Positions 40,548 to 50,691 are shown, numbered from the whole stretch's first letter. The stretch: 62,811 bases of DNA, filler included, from Nitrospinota bacterium (GCA_030620925.1; 11 parts of 11 records of this genome joined end to end with filler, not necessarily neighbours in it), one strand, 5' to 3'. Notes: generated by a model not told the origin, from the letters alone. Numbers and translations: made by a program.

Positions 40548-41756
40548 TCACTCGTAATCGAGTATGCCTTCCTTGCGCAGGCTCTCTATTTCGCCCTCCT
40601 GGTAGCCCAGTTCATTGAGCAGCTCGTCGTTATGCTGGCCCAGCAGGGGTGTGGGAGCCTTGGGGCCGCCGGGGGTTTTGGAGAATTTCACCGGATGCCC
40701 GATGGTCCACATCTTGCCAGCTTTGGGGTGTTCCAGAGAGCAGATGATGTCTCCCTGGCGGAGGTTGGGGTCGTTGAAGATATCGTGATAATCGTAGACC
40801 GGGCAGCAGAACACGTCCACCTCTTCCAGGGCCTCCGTCCATTCTTTTAAGGTTTTGGTTTTGAACACCTCTTCGAGCCGCGTACGGAGAAACTCCTGGT
40901 TTTCCCGCCGCCCTTCGGGCGTGTCGAACCTGGGGTCCTCGATCAGCTCGTCCAGGCCCAGGGCCTGGCAGAAGCCGGGCCAGCGTTTATCGCCCAGGCT
41001 GATGACCGCCATGTAGCTGTCCTGCGCCTGGTAGACCTGGTATAAGACGTTGCTGGCGATGCCGTGGCTCATGCCGCCTTTTTTAACCGGCTCCTTTGAG
41101 TTGAGGTAGGCGGTCATCTCCCAGGTCTGCAAGGATATCTGTCCCTCCAACAGAGAGACGAAAATCTCCTGCCCCACGCCGGACTTTTCCCTGGCGTAGA
41201 GGGCCATCATTATCCCGTAAGCTGAAAGGAATGAACCCACCTGATCGGCGATGGCCGCCCCCACGGGCATTGGCGGGCCGCCGGGCATACCGGTTGCGGC
41301 CATGACCCCTCCCATGGCCTGGGCCATCAGGTCCATGCCCGGTTTGCGGGCGTAGGGGCCGCTGGGGCCGTAGTTGGATATGGAACAGTAGATGATGTCA
41401 GGATTGATTTTGGACAGGTTGTCGTAGCCCAGTTTGAAACTGTCCATAACTCCCGGCCGGAAATTCTGGACGGCCACGTCCGCTTTCTCCGCCAGCTTGT
41501 AAATGACCTCCCGTCCTTTCTCCTCGCGGTATTCGATGGCCAGGCTCTTCTTGTTCCTGTTGAGGGCCAGGAAGTAAGGGTTTTGTCCGTTGAGGTCGGT
41601 AGGCAGTATGGATGGCGCAAGCCTGGTCATCTCCCCCGGCGGCCGCTCAATCTTGATGACCTCGGCGCCCATATCCGAGAGCATCACGGTCGCGTAAGGG
41701 CCGGCCTGGAACTGCGAAAAATCCAGGATGCGTATCCCTTCCAGCGGTAGGTTCAT
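40548..41756 (-). CDS. Family III CoA-transferase (CaiB/BaiF)
   Basis: ILDFSQFQAGP, NRNKKS, NFRPG, IAD, PLLGQHN. Confidence 0.95.
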   Translation of the reverse strand: MNLPLEGIRILDFSQFQAGPYATVMLSDMGAEVIKIERPPGEMTRLAPSILPTDLNGQNPYFLALNRNKKSLAIEYREEKGREVIYKLAEKADVAVQNFRPGVMDSFKLGYDNLSKINPDIIYCSISNYGPSGPYARKPGMDLMAQAMGGVMAATGMPGGPPMPVGAAIADQVGSFLSAYGIMMALYAREKSGVGQEIFVSLLEGQISLQTWEMTAYLNSKEPVKKGGMSHGIASNVLYQVYQAQDSYMAVISLGDKRWPGFCQALGLDELIEDPRFDTPEGRRENQEFLRTRLEEVFKTKTLKEWTEALEEVDVFCCPVYDYHDIFNDPNLRQGDIICSLEHPKAGKMWTIGHPVKFSKTPGGPKAPTPLLGQHNDELLNELGYQEGEIESLRKEGILDYE

Positions 41757-41907
41757 TTTTTCTCCCCCCAGAGCAATTGTGTGCGGTTTGGCAGGTTTAA
41801 AATCTTATCAGTTTATAGATTCCATTTTTTTGTTAGCGTTATTATAGCACCGGGGGGGAGAATTTAGAAAGGGGCTATTTTTTCGAGGCATCGGCAGGAG
41901 GGGGATA

Positions 41908-44900
41908 TCAATCCCTCTGGCGCAGCCTCCGCTCCCATTTTACGTCCCCCAGAATGGAATAGAGGGCGGGGATAAAAAAGAGGGTGAGTAAGCTGGCGAA
42001 AGCCAGTCCCCAGATGATGGAGTTGGCCATCGGCCCCCAGACGTTGGATTTACCCCCTACCCCCAGGGCCATGGGCAGGAGTCCGAAAATGGTGGTTATG
42101 GTGGTGAGCATGATGGGGCGCATCCTTATCACACCCGATTTGACGATGGCCCTCCATTTGGACGTTCCGGTGTCTCTGCGCGTGTTTATGAAGTCCACCA
42201 GGATGAGGGAATCGTTGACCACGATGCCCGTCAGCCCCACCACTGCTATGAAAGCCACCAGGCTGAAAGGGTCTCCGTTCACCAGCAGGCCTATGATGAC
42301 CCCGATAAAGGAGAAGGGCACGGTGAACATTATGACCAGCGGCTGTATGAAGGATTTGAATTGTGCGCCCAGTATCATGTAGATGACCAGTATGGCCACG
42401 AAGAACGCCCTGGTTAAGCTGGCGAACGATTCGCTGGTCTTGGTGTACTCGCCGCCCAGGGTAAAACGATAGGCCGGATATTTTACGCTCCATTTCCCCA
42501 GCTTCTTCTCCAGTATCTTATTCACCTTGCTGGAGCTGGTCACTTCTTTATCTATGTCAGCGGTAACGGAGGTGGTGCTTTCATTATCCCGCCGATAGAG
42601 ATTAGCGAATCCTCGCTCTATGTGGTAGTCGGCAAGGTTCTTGAAGTACACCAGGCTGCCGTCCATGGTGACTACTCGAAGGCGGTCCAGGTCGGAAAGG
42701 GTGTCCCTGTCACTCTCCTTGAACTTCACCACGATGTCTATTTCCTCGCCGCCTTCACGGTAGACCGAGGCCACCGCCCCGTCGAAAGCGGTGCGCAGGT
42801 TCCAGGCCAGCTCGGAATGGGTGAGGCCCCAGAGTGCGGCCTGGTCGTCTTTGAGTTTGACTCTGATTTCGTTCTTTCCCATTTCAAGGTCGTTCTTTAT
42901 GTCTTTGACGCCTTTTATCCTGCGCAGTTGAGCTTCAATTTCATGGACCGCTTCCCCTATTTTTTCGTCCGGCTCTCCCCTGACGCGCACCGCCACCGGC
43001 TTGCCCATCGGCGGCCCCTGGGCCACCTCGGCTATCTCCACCGATTTTATCCCGCTTATCCTGGCCACCTTCTTCCTCAAATCATCCATTATCTCCTGGG
43101 TGGTGCGGCTCCTTTCTTTTGCTTCCACCAGGTCTATCATGACCTCCCCTACGTTAGAGCCGCGCTCCACGCCGAAATCGCCTATGATGATTCCCGTGCG
43201 GGAGAGGACTGCGGTCACCTCACTGCGGGGGAGGTTCATGGCCAGCTCTTCTATCTTTCCGATGATCTTGTCCGTGTTTTCCAGGGAGTATCTGGCGGGG
43301 GTGTGCACCCGCACGCTGAACTGGGAGACCTCATCGAAGCGGAACAGCTCGATGCCCAGAAAGGGGATTAACAACAACCCTGAGGCGGCTATAACGGGGA
43401 CCACCGCCACCACCAGGAACCTGTGCTTGAGCACCTTGAAGATGATTCGTTTGTAAAATTTTTCCATCAGCCGTATGAATTTGTCTCCGGGCGGGGGCCT
43501 GCGGGTGACCTTTCCGAAATCCGCCATGTGGCAGGGGAGCACGATGAACGCCTCTATGAGGGAGGCGGCCAGGGCGAAAGCCACCATCATGGGGATAAAG
43601 CTGAGGTATTTCCCCACGATCCCGGTCATTAACAGCATGGGAAGGAAGGCCGCTATGGTGGTGAGCACTGTGGCGATTACCGGCAGAGTGACCTCTTCGC
43701 CGCCTTTAATGGCTGCTTTAATCGGGGAAAGCCCCTGCTCCATGTAGCGGTAAATGTTCTCCACAATGACGATGGCGTCGTCCACCACTATCCCCAGAAC
43801 AAGAACCAGGCTGAACAGGGTGACCTGGTTGAAAGTAAGGCCCACCCAGTCCATGAAAACGAAGGTGGTCAAAAAGGTAAAAGGAATGCCGATGCCCACC
43901 AGGAGAGCGCTCCTGCCCCCCAGGAACAGAAATAGTATGATGGAGACCAGGGAAACGCCGATGAGGGCGTTGCTCTTGAGGCGGTTCATTATTTCATTGA
44001 TGTGGAAGGTGGTGTCGTTGACGTAGGCGACGTCCACCCTGGTGGGAAGGGTATTCAGATATTCTCCGACGACCCTCTTGATGTCTCTGACTATGCGGAT
44101 GGATTCCCCGCCGCGCTCCTTAAGGATGAGTAGGGAAATAGCCGGTTTTTGCCCCAGCCGGGAGATAGTCTCGGGCTCTTCGAAGGTGTCCCGGACGAGG
44201 GCCAGGTCTCTCACCTTGATATGTTTTCCACCCGGGTCCGCTTTGACAATGATCTCTCTTATCTGCTCCGGTTTCTCCACCTCTCCCACCGCCCTGATCA
44301 GGTATTCGCTGCGACCCACTTCGATGTCTCCCCCGGGCACGTTCAGGTTGCGCTTGGCGATGCTGTCCACCACGTGGCGGAGCCCCATGTTGTAGCCGTA
44401 GAGCTTGCGGGAGTCCACTTCCACCCATATTTCCCTGTCTCGTATCCCGGCCAGCTCGACTTCGTCCACACCCTTGATCGCTTCGATGACGTCTTCCAGG
44501 TCTTCAGCTACTTTTTTGAGTTCTTTTTCGGAGAGCTGGTCGCTGCTTATGATGGCGTTGACGATGGGGAAATCGCTGGTGTTGAGCTCTATAACTTCGG
44601 GGTCGTCCTTTATCCCTTCGGGGAGGTCTTTCACCTTGTCCACTTCCGATTCCAGCTCGCGCACCGCTTCCTTGAAGTCCTTCAAGTCTGTCCTGAATTC
44701 CACGAAGATGGTGGATACGTTTTCGGCGGATGTGGAGATGACTCTGTTTATCCCGTCTACGTCTTTGATTTCATCCTCGATGGGGATGGTGACCAGTTTT
44801 TCGACCTCTTCGGGGGCGGCGCCGGGGTATTTGGTGATGATGACGGCTGATTCCAGGGAAACCTCAGGGTCCAACTCGGTGGGGAGGGAAAAATAGGCGT

Positions 44901-44979
44901 ACACGCCTGCCACTAGGAGGATGACGAAGAAGAGGTTGACCAGCACCGGCTGTTTTACAGAAAAACCGCAGATAGACAT
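41908..44979 (-). CDS. RND efflux permease (AcrB family)
   Basis: YPGAAPEEVE, GIVVDDAIVIVEN, GIVVND, RMRPIMLT; about 1020 aa. Confidence 0.96.
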   Translation of the reverse strand: MSICGFSVKQPVLVNLFFVILLVAGVYAYFSLPTELDPEVSLESAVIITKYPGAAPEEVEKLVTIPIEDEIKDVDGINRVISTSAENVSTIFVEFRTDLKDFKEAVRELESEVDKVKDLPEGIKDDPEVIELNTSDFPIVNAIISSDQLSEKELKKVAEDLEDVIEAIKGVDEVELAGIRDREIWVEVDSRKLYGYNMGLRHVVDSIAKRNLNVPGGDIEVGRSEYLIRAVGEVEKPEQIREIIVKADPGGKHIKVRDLALVRDTFEEPETISRLGQKPAISLLILKERGGESIRIVRDIKRVVGEYLNTLPTRVDVAYVNDTTFHINEIMNRLKSNALIGVSLVSIILFLFLGGRSALLVGIGIPFTFLTTFVFMDWVGLTFNQVTLFSLVLVLGIVVDDAIVIVENIYRYMEQGLSPIKAAIKGGEEVTLPVIATVLTTIAAFLPMLLMTGIVGKYLSFIPMMVAFALAASLIEAFIVLPCHMADFGKVTRRPPPGDKFIRLMEKFYKRIIFKVLKHRFLVVAVVPVIAASGLLLIPFLGIELFRFDEVSQFSVRVHTPARYSLENTDKIIGKIEELAMNLPRSEVTAVLSRTGIIIGDFGVERGSNVGEVMIDLVEAKERSRTTQEIMDDLRKKVARISGIKSVEIAEVAQGPPMGKPVAVRVRGEPDEKIGEAVHEIEAQLRRIKGVKDIKNDLEMGKNEIRVKLKDDQAALWGLTHSELAWNLRTAFDGAVASVYREGGEEIDIVVKFKESDRDTLSDLDRLRVVTMDGSLVYFKNLADYHIERGFANLYRRDNESTTSVTADIDKEVTSSSKVNKILEKKLGKWSVKYPAYRFTLGGEYTKTSESFASLTRAFFVAILVIYMILGAQFKSFIQPLVIMFTVPFSFIGVIIGLLVNGDPFSLVAFIAVVGLTGIVVNDSLILVDFINTRRDTGTSKWRAIVKSGVIRMRPIMLTTITTIFGLLPMALGVGGKSNVWGPMANSIIWGLAFASLLTLFFIPALYSILGDVKWERRLRQRD

Positions 44980-45077
44980 GCACATCACCAAAAAATCGGC
45001 CAGGGCGGCATCCCTGGCCTACTCAATATTTATTTCTCCGGCGTGAGCGGAGAAGGGCGCACCGCGCCGACGCAGGC

Positions 45078-46349
45078 TCACATCTCATTACCCTGCACGG
45101 TTACCCTGCTTTTGTCTTGCAGGCTCTCCTGGCCCTCAACCACCACCATCTCGCCTTCTTCCAAACCCTTCTCTACCACCACTTCCTGATCCTGCATGGC
45201 CCCCAGCACCACCTGCCTTCGACGGGCCACGCCGTCCAGCACGGTGAACACCAGGAACTCATTTCTTCTTTCCAACACGGCGTCGCGGGGCCCCACCAGT
45301 GCCCCTGCCACCGTTTGCCCGGCTATCCTGATGGTGGCGATCCTGCTGGGTCTTAATGCGCTATCGATGTTTTTCAATTCGATGATTACCGGAAAGGAAC
45401 CGCCGCTCTCGTCCGCTTTTATCCCTGCGTAGGTTATTGTGCCCGCGAACTCACGGCGGGGGTAAACGTTGACGAAGATGGAAACCGGGTCTCCCTCCCG
45501 CAGATGAACCACGTCCTCCTGCACTACCCCCACTTCGACCTCCAGCCTGCTTACGTTCACCACGTTGGCAACAGGGGTGCCGGGGACGATGGTCTCCCCC
45601 TCCTCCACCAGCATTCTGGCCACCCTGCCGGCGAAAGGCGAGGTGATCCTGCAGTCCCGGAGTTTTTTGTCCGCCAAACCGACCTTGGCCTCAGCCTGCT
45701 TCACCCGGGCCAGGGACATCTGGATATCCTCTTCCCTTGCCCCTTCAACGGCCAGCTTGTAGTTTTCCTGCGCCTCCTTGAGATTTGCTTCAGCCACTTC
45801 CATCAGGGATCGATTATGGTCGTAAATCTCTTTTGAAATGACCTGCTGGAGGTAGAGGCGCTGGATGCGCTCCCAGTCTTTCACAGCCTTCTGATAAGCC
45901 GCCCGGGCGCTTTCCAGGGAGGCTTTCCGGGCCTCGAGCTCCTGGGGGCGTACTAACTGCTTCATCTTACGCAGATCAGCCTGAGCGAAGCTGAGGGCGG
46001 CCCTGGCTTCCTCCAGTTTGTATCTGTAGGATTCCTCGTCCACGCGCGCCAATATCTGCCCCCGCTTCACGATGTCCCCCTCGTCGAGAAGAACCTCTAC
46101 CAGCACTCCTGAAACCTCGGATTTTACCACCACGTCGTCCCTGGCCCTCAGCCTGCCCGTGGCCTCGATGTAGGTGATGAAATCCTTGCGGGGCACTGAT
46201 TTCACCTTCACCGGCACCACCAGCGCCCGCTCATTTTCATCGACCGCTTCTTCGGCCTCGTTCCTGTCGCACCCGTAAGTGCCCAGGAGCAAGGAAACGA
46301 ACATGGCCGGGATGATGATTATAAGAAAGATACTTCTTGTATGTTTCAT
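45078..46349 (-). CDS. RND periplasmic adaptor (membrane fusion protein), lipoprotein
   Basis: TYGC lipobox, SEVSG...EGD.VKRGQ.LA, long helical hairpin, ITSPFAG. Confidence 0.93.
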   Translation of the reverse strand: MKHTRSIFLIIIIPAMFVSLLLGTYGCDRNEAEEAVDENERALVVPVKVKSVPRKDFITYIEATGRLRARDDVVVKSEVSGVLVEVLLDEGDIVKRGQILARVDEESYRYKLEEARAALSFAQADLRKMKQLVRPQELEARKASLESARAAYQKAVKDWERIQRLYLQQVISKEIYDHNRSLMEVAEANLKEAQENYKLAVEGAREEDIQMSLARVKQAEAKVGLADKKLRDCRITSPFAGRVARMLVEEGETIVPGTPVANVVNVSRLEVEVGVVQEDVVHLREGDPVSIFVNVYPRREFAGTITYAGIKADESGGSFPVIIELKNIDSALRPSRIATIRIAGQTVAGALVGPRDAVLERRNEFLVFTVLDGVARRRQVVLGAMQDQEVVVEKGLEEGEMVVVEGQESLQDKSRVTVQGNEM

Positions 46350-46367
46350 CTTCTTTCTCGGAGGACC

Positions 46368-46976
46368 TTAACTCCCGCGTATTACCGATTCAATGAACCA
46401 GACCCCGAAACCCACCAGGGCTATACCGCAGCCCATGAAAACGTATTGATGGGCCCTCTTGCTCCACAGGTGCTTGGTCTTGAACACACTTGTGGACACG
46501 AACAGGCCCCAGAAAAAATCGCACAGCCAGTGGAGAACGGCCATGAGGGCGAAGCCTATAAGGCCGAAGGTTATGGACTTGCTGACCAGGGCGACGCCTA
46601 CCGTAGCCCACCAGAGGAACCAGTAGGGGTTCACCACGGTGCTCAGCACGCCGGCTGTGTAGGAATTGTAGGGCAGGGATCGGCCTTCATCGCCCAACTT
46701 GTTGCGGTCTTTGATCATGCCGTATCCCATGAACACGAGCATTATCCCGCCCACGATGCCGATGGTTGCTTTCACCGGGGCGTGGGCGAAAAAGCTGCCG
46801 AAGCCGAAATATATGAGGGCCATCATGGGGAACTCCGCCACGCCGTGGCCCACCCCTATCTTTGCTCCGGCCAGGGAATCCTGATGTCCCTTGGCCACTG
46901 TTACGGCGAACACGGGTCCCGGCATCAAGACTCCTGAAAGAGAAATGACCACGACCCCGATCAGGAAAACCCACAT
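46368..46976 (-). CDS. LysE-family translocator
   Basis: SGVLMPGP, GHGVAE, NPYWFLWW. Confidence 0.9.
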   Translation of the reverse strand: MWVFLIGVVVISLSGVLMPGPVFAVTVAKGHQDSLAGAKIGVGHGVAEFPMMALIYFGFGSFFAHAPVKATIGIVGGIMLVFMGYGMIKDRNKLGDEGRSLPYNSYTAGVLSTVVNPYWFLWWATVGVALVSKSITFGLIGFALMAVLHWLCDFFWGLFVSTSVFKTKHLWSKRAHQYVFMGCGIALVGFGVWFIESVIRGS

Positions 46977-47189
46977 CTCACTGTTCCTTTTTCTTCTTGA
47001 TTTTGCCCGTAAACTGCCTCTTATAGCTCATTATACAGGCACTGACGCCCGGAGACAAGAATTCCCGTTTAACATAACTAAAAACCTTGCCTTGCGCTCA
47101 TTTTATAAATATAGTCTTAACCTGGAAAATTGTAGTGTAAAACAGGGCGTATACACGACAATTCTAATTAAATTTAAAAGGGGGCGATT

Positions 47190-48023
47190 ATGCTGCTCGA
47201 GAATAAGGTGGCGCTGGTTACCGGGGCCGCCAGGGGAATCGGCAGGGCTATTGCCCTGGTGCTGGCCGAAGAGGGAGCGGACGTGGGCGTGGCGGACGTT
47301 AAATGGAGCAGGTTCGACGGGGAGAGATATTACGCCGTCCCCCGGCGGGAGTCGGACCCTGAAGAGGAAGAAGTCCGCACCGACGAGGCGATAGAGAGAT
47401 TGGGTAGGAAGGCGCATTCGGTGGAAATGGATGTCTCCGATTCGGCTCAGGTGAAGGAAGGGGTAGAGTCGGTGCGAAACGAGCTGGGGCGGATAGACAT
47501 ACTGGTGAACAACGCGGGTATCGTGACCAACATCCGTCCCCTGGCCGACATGGAGCGGGCCTCCTGGGATCACGAGCTGGCGGTGAACCTCAGCGGGGCG
47601 TTCAACTGTTCCAAAGAGGTCCTTTCGGGCATGGTCGAGAACGGTTGGGGGAGGGTGATAAACATCTCTTCGGGCGCCGCCCTGGGGGGCATTCACAGGC
47701 AGGCGGCCTATGCGGCCAGCAAGGCGGGCGTTCTGGGTTTTACCAAGTCGGTGACCCTGGAATACGCGGCGCAGGGCATAACCTGCAACGCCGTGATGCC
47801 CGGTATGGCCGAATCACCGCTGGTCAGGGCCATGCCCAAAGAAATAAGGGAAGAGCAGATGCGGCTCATCCCCGCCGGCCGGTTCGCGGATACCAGGGAG
47901 ATAGCTTATATGGTGGCTTTTCTGGCTTCGGACAGGGCGGCCTACATCAACGGGGTTGAGATTCACGTCAACGGCGGCGGCCACCTGACCCCCGGCACGC
48001 TGGCCAGCCGCAAGGGCAAGTAG
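47190..48023 (+). CDS. Classical SDR oxidoreductase (FabG-like) with an insertion
   Basis: TGAARGIG, NNAG, NISS, YAASK, PG. Confidence 0.93.
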   Translation: MLLENKVALVTGAARGIGRAIALVLAEEGADVGVADVKWSRFDGERYYAVPRRESDPEEEEVRTDEAIERLGRKAHSVEMDVSDSAQVKEGVESVRNELGRIDILVNNAGIVTNIRPLADMERASWDHELAVNLSGAFNCSKEVLSGMVENGWGRVINISSGAALGGIHRQAAYAASKAGVLGFTKSVTLEYAAQGITCNAVMPGMAESPLVRAMPKEIREEQMRLIPAGRFADTREIAYMVAFLASDRAAYINGVEIHVNGGGHLTPGTLASRKGK

Positions 48024-48210
48024 CGCCTGCGACCCCCCGAAACACAAAGAATCCCCCCGCCACAAATGACGGGGGCCAGGGGTGGGGAGATTTAACAGCC
48101 GGCGAAATCTCTTGTTCAGGGCAACCACCCCGCAGCCTTCGGTGTTGTACCTGCCTTGTAGGAGTTCCAGCTAAACGTTTTTTCAGGAAACAACCTAATG
48201 GCTAAGATAT

Positions 48211-48352
48211 GCGAGATTCTTCGCTTCGCTCAGAATGACAGGATCTGACGTGCGTGTTTACCTTTCGAATAGCGGCAAGATGCCGCTTCTAAGCTCAAAT
48301 TGTCATTCTGAACGGAGTCCCGCTGCACGCGGGACAGAGTGAAGAATCTCGC
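48211..48352. repeat. Composite inverted repeat of GTCATTCTG-type REP-like units with nested hairpins
   Basis: 48211-48240 is the reverse complement of both ends of 48301-48352; internal REP at 48271-48291. Confidence 0.8.
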
Positions 48353-48454
48353 CTACCCTTGCAAACCCGGTTTTTTTGAGGTTTTTTGTTAACCTTTCCC
48401 GTTTTTCCCCTCTACTGGAACGCCCCGCGGGATGTCTCTACAAGGCTACCTGCC

Positions 48455-49777
48455 CTATGCCATGAGGAATATGTAGCGCAGGACGAAGAGGGCCGCGAAC
48501 AGGTGGATCATCCAGTGCACTTCTTTAACCCGCCCGCTCAGGAGCTTGAGCAGCGAATAGGAGATGAAGCCGAAGGCGATCCCCTCGGTGATGCTGAAGG
48601 TAAGGGGCATGATGATCAGTGTCAGGAAGGCGGGTATGGATTCGGTGTAATCCTTCCAATCGACGTGGATAACGTTTTTCAACATGATACTGCCCACGAT
48701 GATAAGCGCAGGGGCGGTGACCGGATAGAGGAAGACGTTTTCGCTTATCTGCATCCCGCCCCCTATCATCTTTATGAGTGGTGAGAAGAAGATGGCGGCT
48801 ATGAAAAAGAGGGCGGTCACCATGTTGGACAGCCCGCTCCTTCCCCCTTCCGCAACACCGGCGGCGCTCTCGATATAGCTGGTGACGGTGGAGGTTCCTA
48901 ACGCAGAGCCGGCAACCGTGCCCACGGCGTCCGAAAGCAGAGCCCTATGCGCACGGGGCAGCTTGCCTTTCACCATGAAACCCGCTTCCTGGCTCACCCC
49001 TATGAGGGTTCCCACGGTGTCGAAGAGGTCCAGGAAGAAGAAGATGAAGATGACCTCCAACAGCCCGAAGCGTATCGCTCCCAGGATGTCCAGCTTGAGG
49101 AAGGTGGGGGCTATGGAGGGCGGCGCGCTTATCACGCCCTGGTACTCGATCAATCCGAAGATGACTCCCACCACGGCGGTGACGATTATCCCCCACAGGA
49201 TCGCCCCCTTCACCTTCCTGGAGAGGAGGGTGGCGATGAGTATTATGCCGAAGATGGAGAGCAGCACGGGGGGACTCTTCAGGTTGCCCAGCTTTACCAG
49301 GGTGGCCGGATGGTCCACCACCAGGCCCGCCCACTCGAACCCCACCAGGGCTATAAGCAGGCCGATGCCCACGGCGATACCGTTTTTAAGGCACACGGGC
49401 ATGGCGTCGATCACCCTCTCCCGCACGCCGATAAAAGACAGTGCGATGAAGATCACCCCGGAGATAAAGACCGCGCCCAGCACCGTCTGCCAGGGGACGC
49501 CCATCACCAGCACCACGGTGTATGCGAAGAAAAAGTTGTGCCCCATGGCGGGAGCCAGGGCGATGGGGTAGTTTGCGAGAAGACCCATCAGGATGGTCGC
49601 AAATGCGCTGGAGAGGCATACCGCCATGAACACCGAGTTGAAATCCATCCCCGTTGAGGAGAGGACGACGGGCTGAACGAAGATGATGTAGGCCATGGTC
49701 ATGAAGGTGGTGGCGCCCGCTTTGACCTCGGTGCGCAGGTCGGTATTCAGCTCCTGGAGTTTGAAAAATTTTCTCAC
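48455..49777 (-). CDS. NCS2/AzgA-family purine permease
   Basis: AGATTFMTMAYI, ALAPAMG, FDTVGTL, TSYIESAAG..EGGRSG, FSITEGI; GTG start after AGGGGGTG. Confidence 0.95.
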   Translation of the reverse strand: MRKFFKLQELNTDLRTEVKAGATTFMTMAYIIFVQPVVLSSTGMDFNSVFMAVCLSSAFATILMGLLANYPIALAPAMGHNFFFAYTVVLVMGVPWQTVLGAVFISGVIFIALSFIGVRERVIDAMPVCLKNGIAVGIGLLIALVGFEWAGLVVDHPATLVKLGNLKSPPVLLSIFGIILIATLLSRKVKGAILWGIIVTAVVGVIFGLIEYQGVISAPPSIAPTFLKLDILGAIRFGLLEVIFIFFFLDLFDTVGTLIGVSQEAGFMVKGKLPRAHRALLSDAVGTVAGSALGTSTVTSYIESAAGVAEGGRSGLSNMVTALFFIAAIFFSPLIKMIGGGMQISENVFLYPVTAPALIIVGSIMLKNVIHVDWKDYTESIPAFLTLIIMPLTFSITEGIAFGFISYSLLKLLSGRVKEVHWMIHLFAALFVLRYIFLMA

Positions 49778-50115
49778 GTGCCCACCCCCTTTTAAATATA
49801 GCGGGTAGAGCATTTATAGAGCAGGAAATCGGTGCCGACAAGTAGTCGGCGAATATCCCTCCGTTACCGGATAAGATGCTCTGGTGAGAAAAAAACCGGA
49901 CGAGCCGTTCCCGTTCCAAAACCGCAGCGAACGGGCAGGGGGTTGATAATAAAGGTCGAGGTTGTTACTGAAGGAAGGTTTAATCCGTTGATGATATATC
50001 AGGTTTTTTTAAGGACAATGCCGGTCAGCGCACCTCTCTTAAGAGCGCAGGCGTTTTATTCCCGTCCCGCGTCTAACGGCTCGCTTCTTTAAATATCACC
50101 GCCTTAAGGGGGTCA

Positions 50116-50301
50116 TTATTCGTCTGAGCTGAGTTTTCCCGCGATACCCCAGTTACTCTTGGGGATGTCATAGATGACCACCTGCACACCTTCCGTCTTG
50201 GTACCGGTTTTTTCCACCATTACCTCGGTGATCGCTTTGACCAGCTCTCTCTTCTGCTGCTCCGATCTTCCTTCCCACATCTGCACTGTGACTACGGGCA
50301 T
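50116..50301 (-). CDS. 4-oxalocrotonate tautomerase family protein
   Basis: Catalytic Pro-1 (MPVV), GRSEQQK, NWGIAG; AGGAGG SD. Confidence 0.92.
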   Translation of the reverse strand: MPVVTVQMWEGRSEQQKRELVKAITEVMVEKTGTKTEGVQVVIYDIPKSNWGIAGKLSSDE

Positions 50302-50408
50302 CAGCTCCTCCTTTTTTTGAATATGGAACATTGATGAAAAACGCGCCGGAGATGGCGCCGGACACCGCTTTAAAACGCCATCGCTTGTATTTGACGCCTT
50401 CCTCTCCC

Positions 50409-50591
50409 CTACTCGGCTCCCAGGAGGATTATGTGCAGCTCCCTGGGGCCGTGCACGCCGATTGTCAGCTCAAGCTCTATGTCTCCCGTGCGGCTGGGAC
50501 CGGTTATGAAGTATAAGCAGCTTTCCATGGTCGGGATATCCCTACCTTGAGACCCGCTTGCCAGGGGCAGAAGCTCTCCCATGGAGGAGAC
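50409..50591 (-). CDS. LutC/YkgG (LUD domain) C-terminus (5'-truncated; not in the ORF track)
   Basis: Manual translation: [29 protein letters not shown]. Confidence 0.9.
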   Translation of the reverse strand, partial: VSSMGELLPLASGSQGRDIPTMESCLYFITGPSRTGDIELELTIGVHGPRELHIILLGAE

Positions 50592-50691
50592 NNNNNNNNN
50601 NNNNNNNNNNNNNNNNNNNNNNNNNNNNNNNNNNNTTAATTAATTAANNNNNNNNNNNNNNNNNNNNNNNNNNNNNNNNNNNNNNNNNNNN

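Noticed and set aside
49807-49882. Assignment of the NCS2 leader to a known purine, SAM-I or ykkC riboswitch
   Set aside because: Core consensus nucleotides are absent; kept only as an unclassified candidate.
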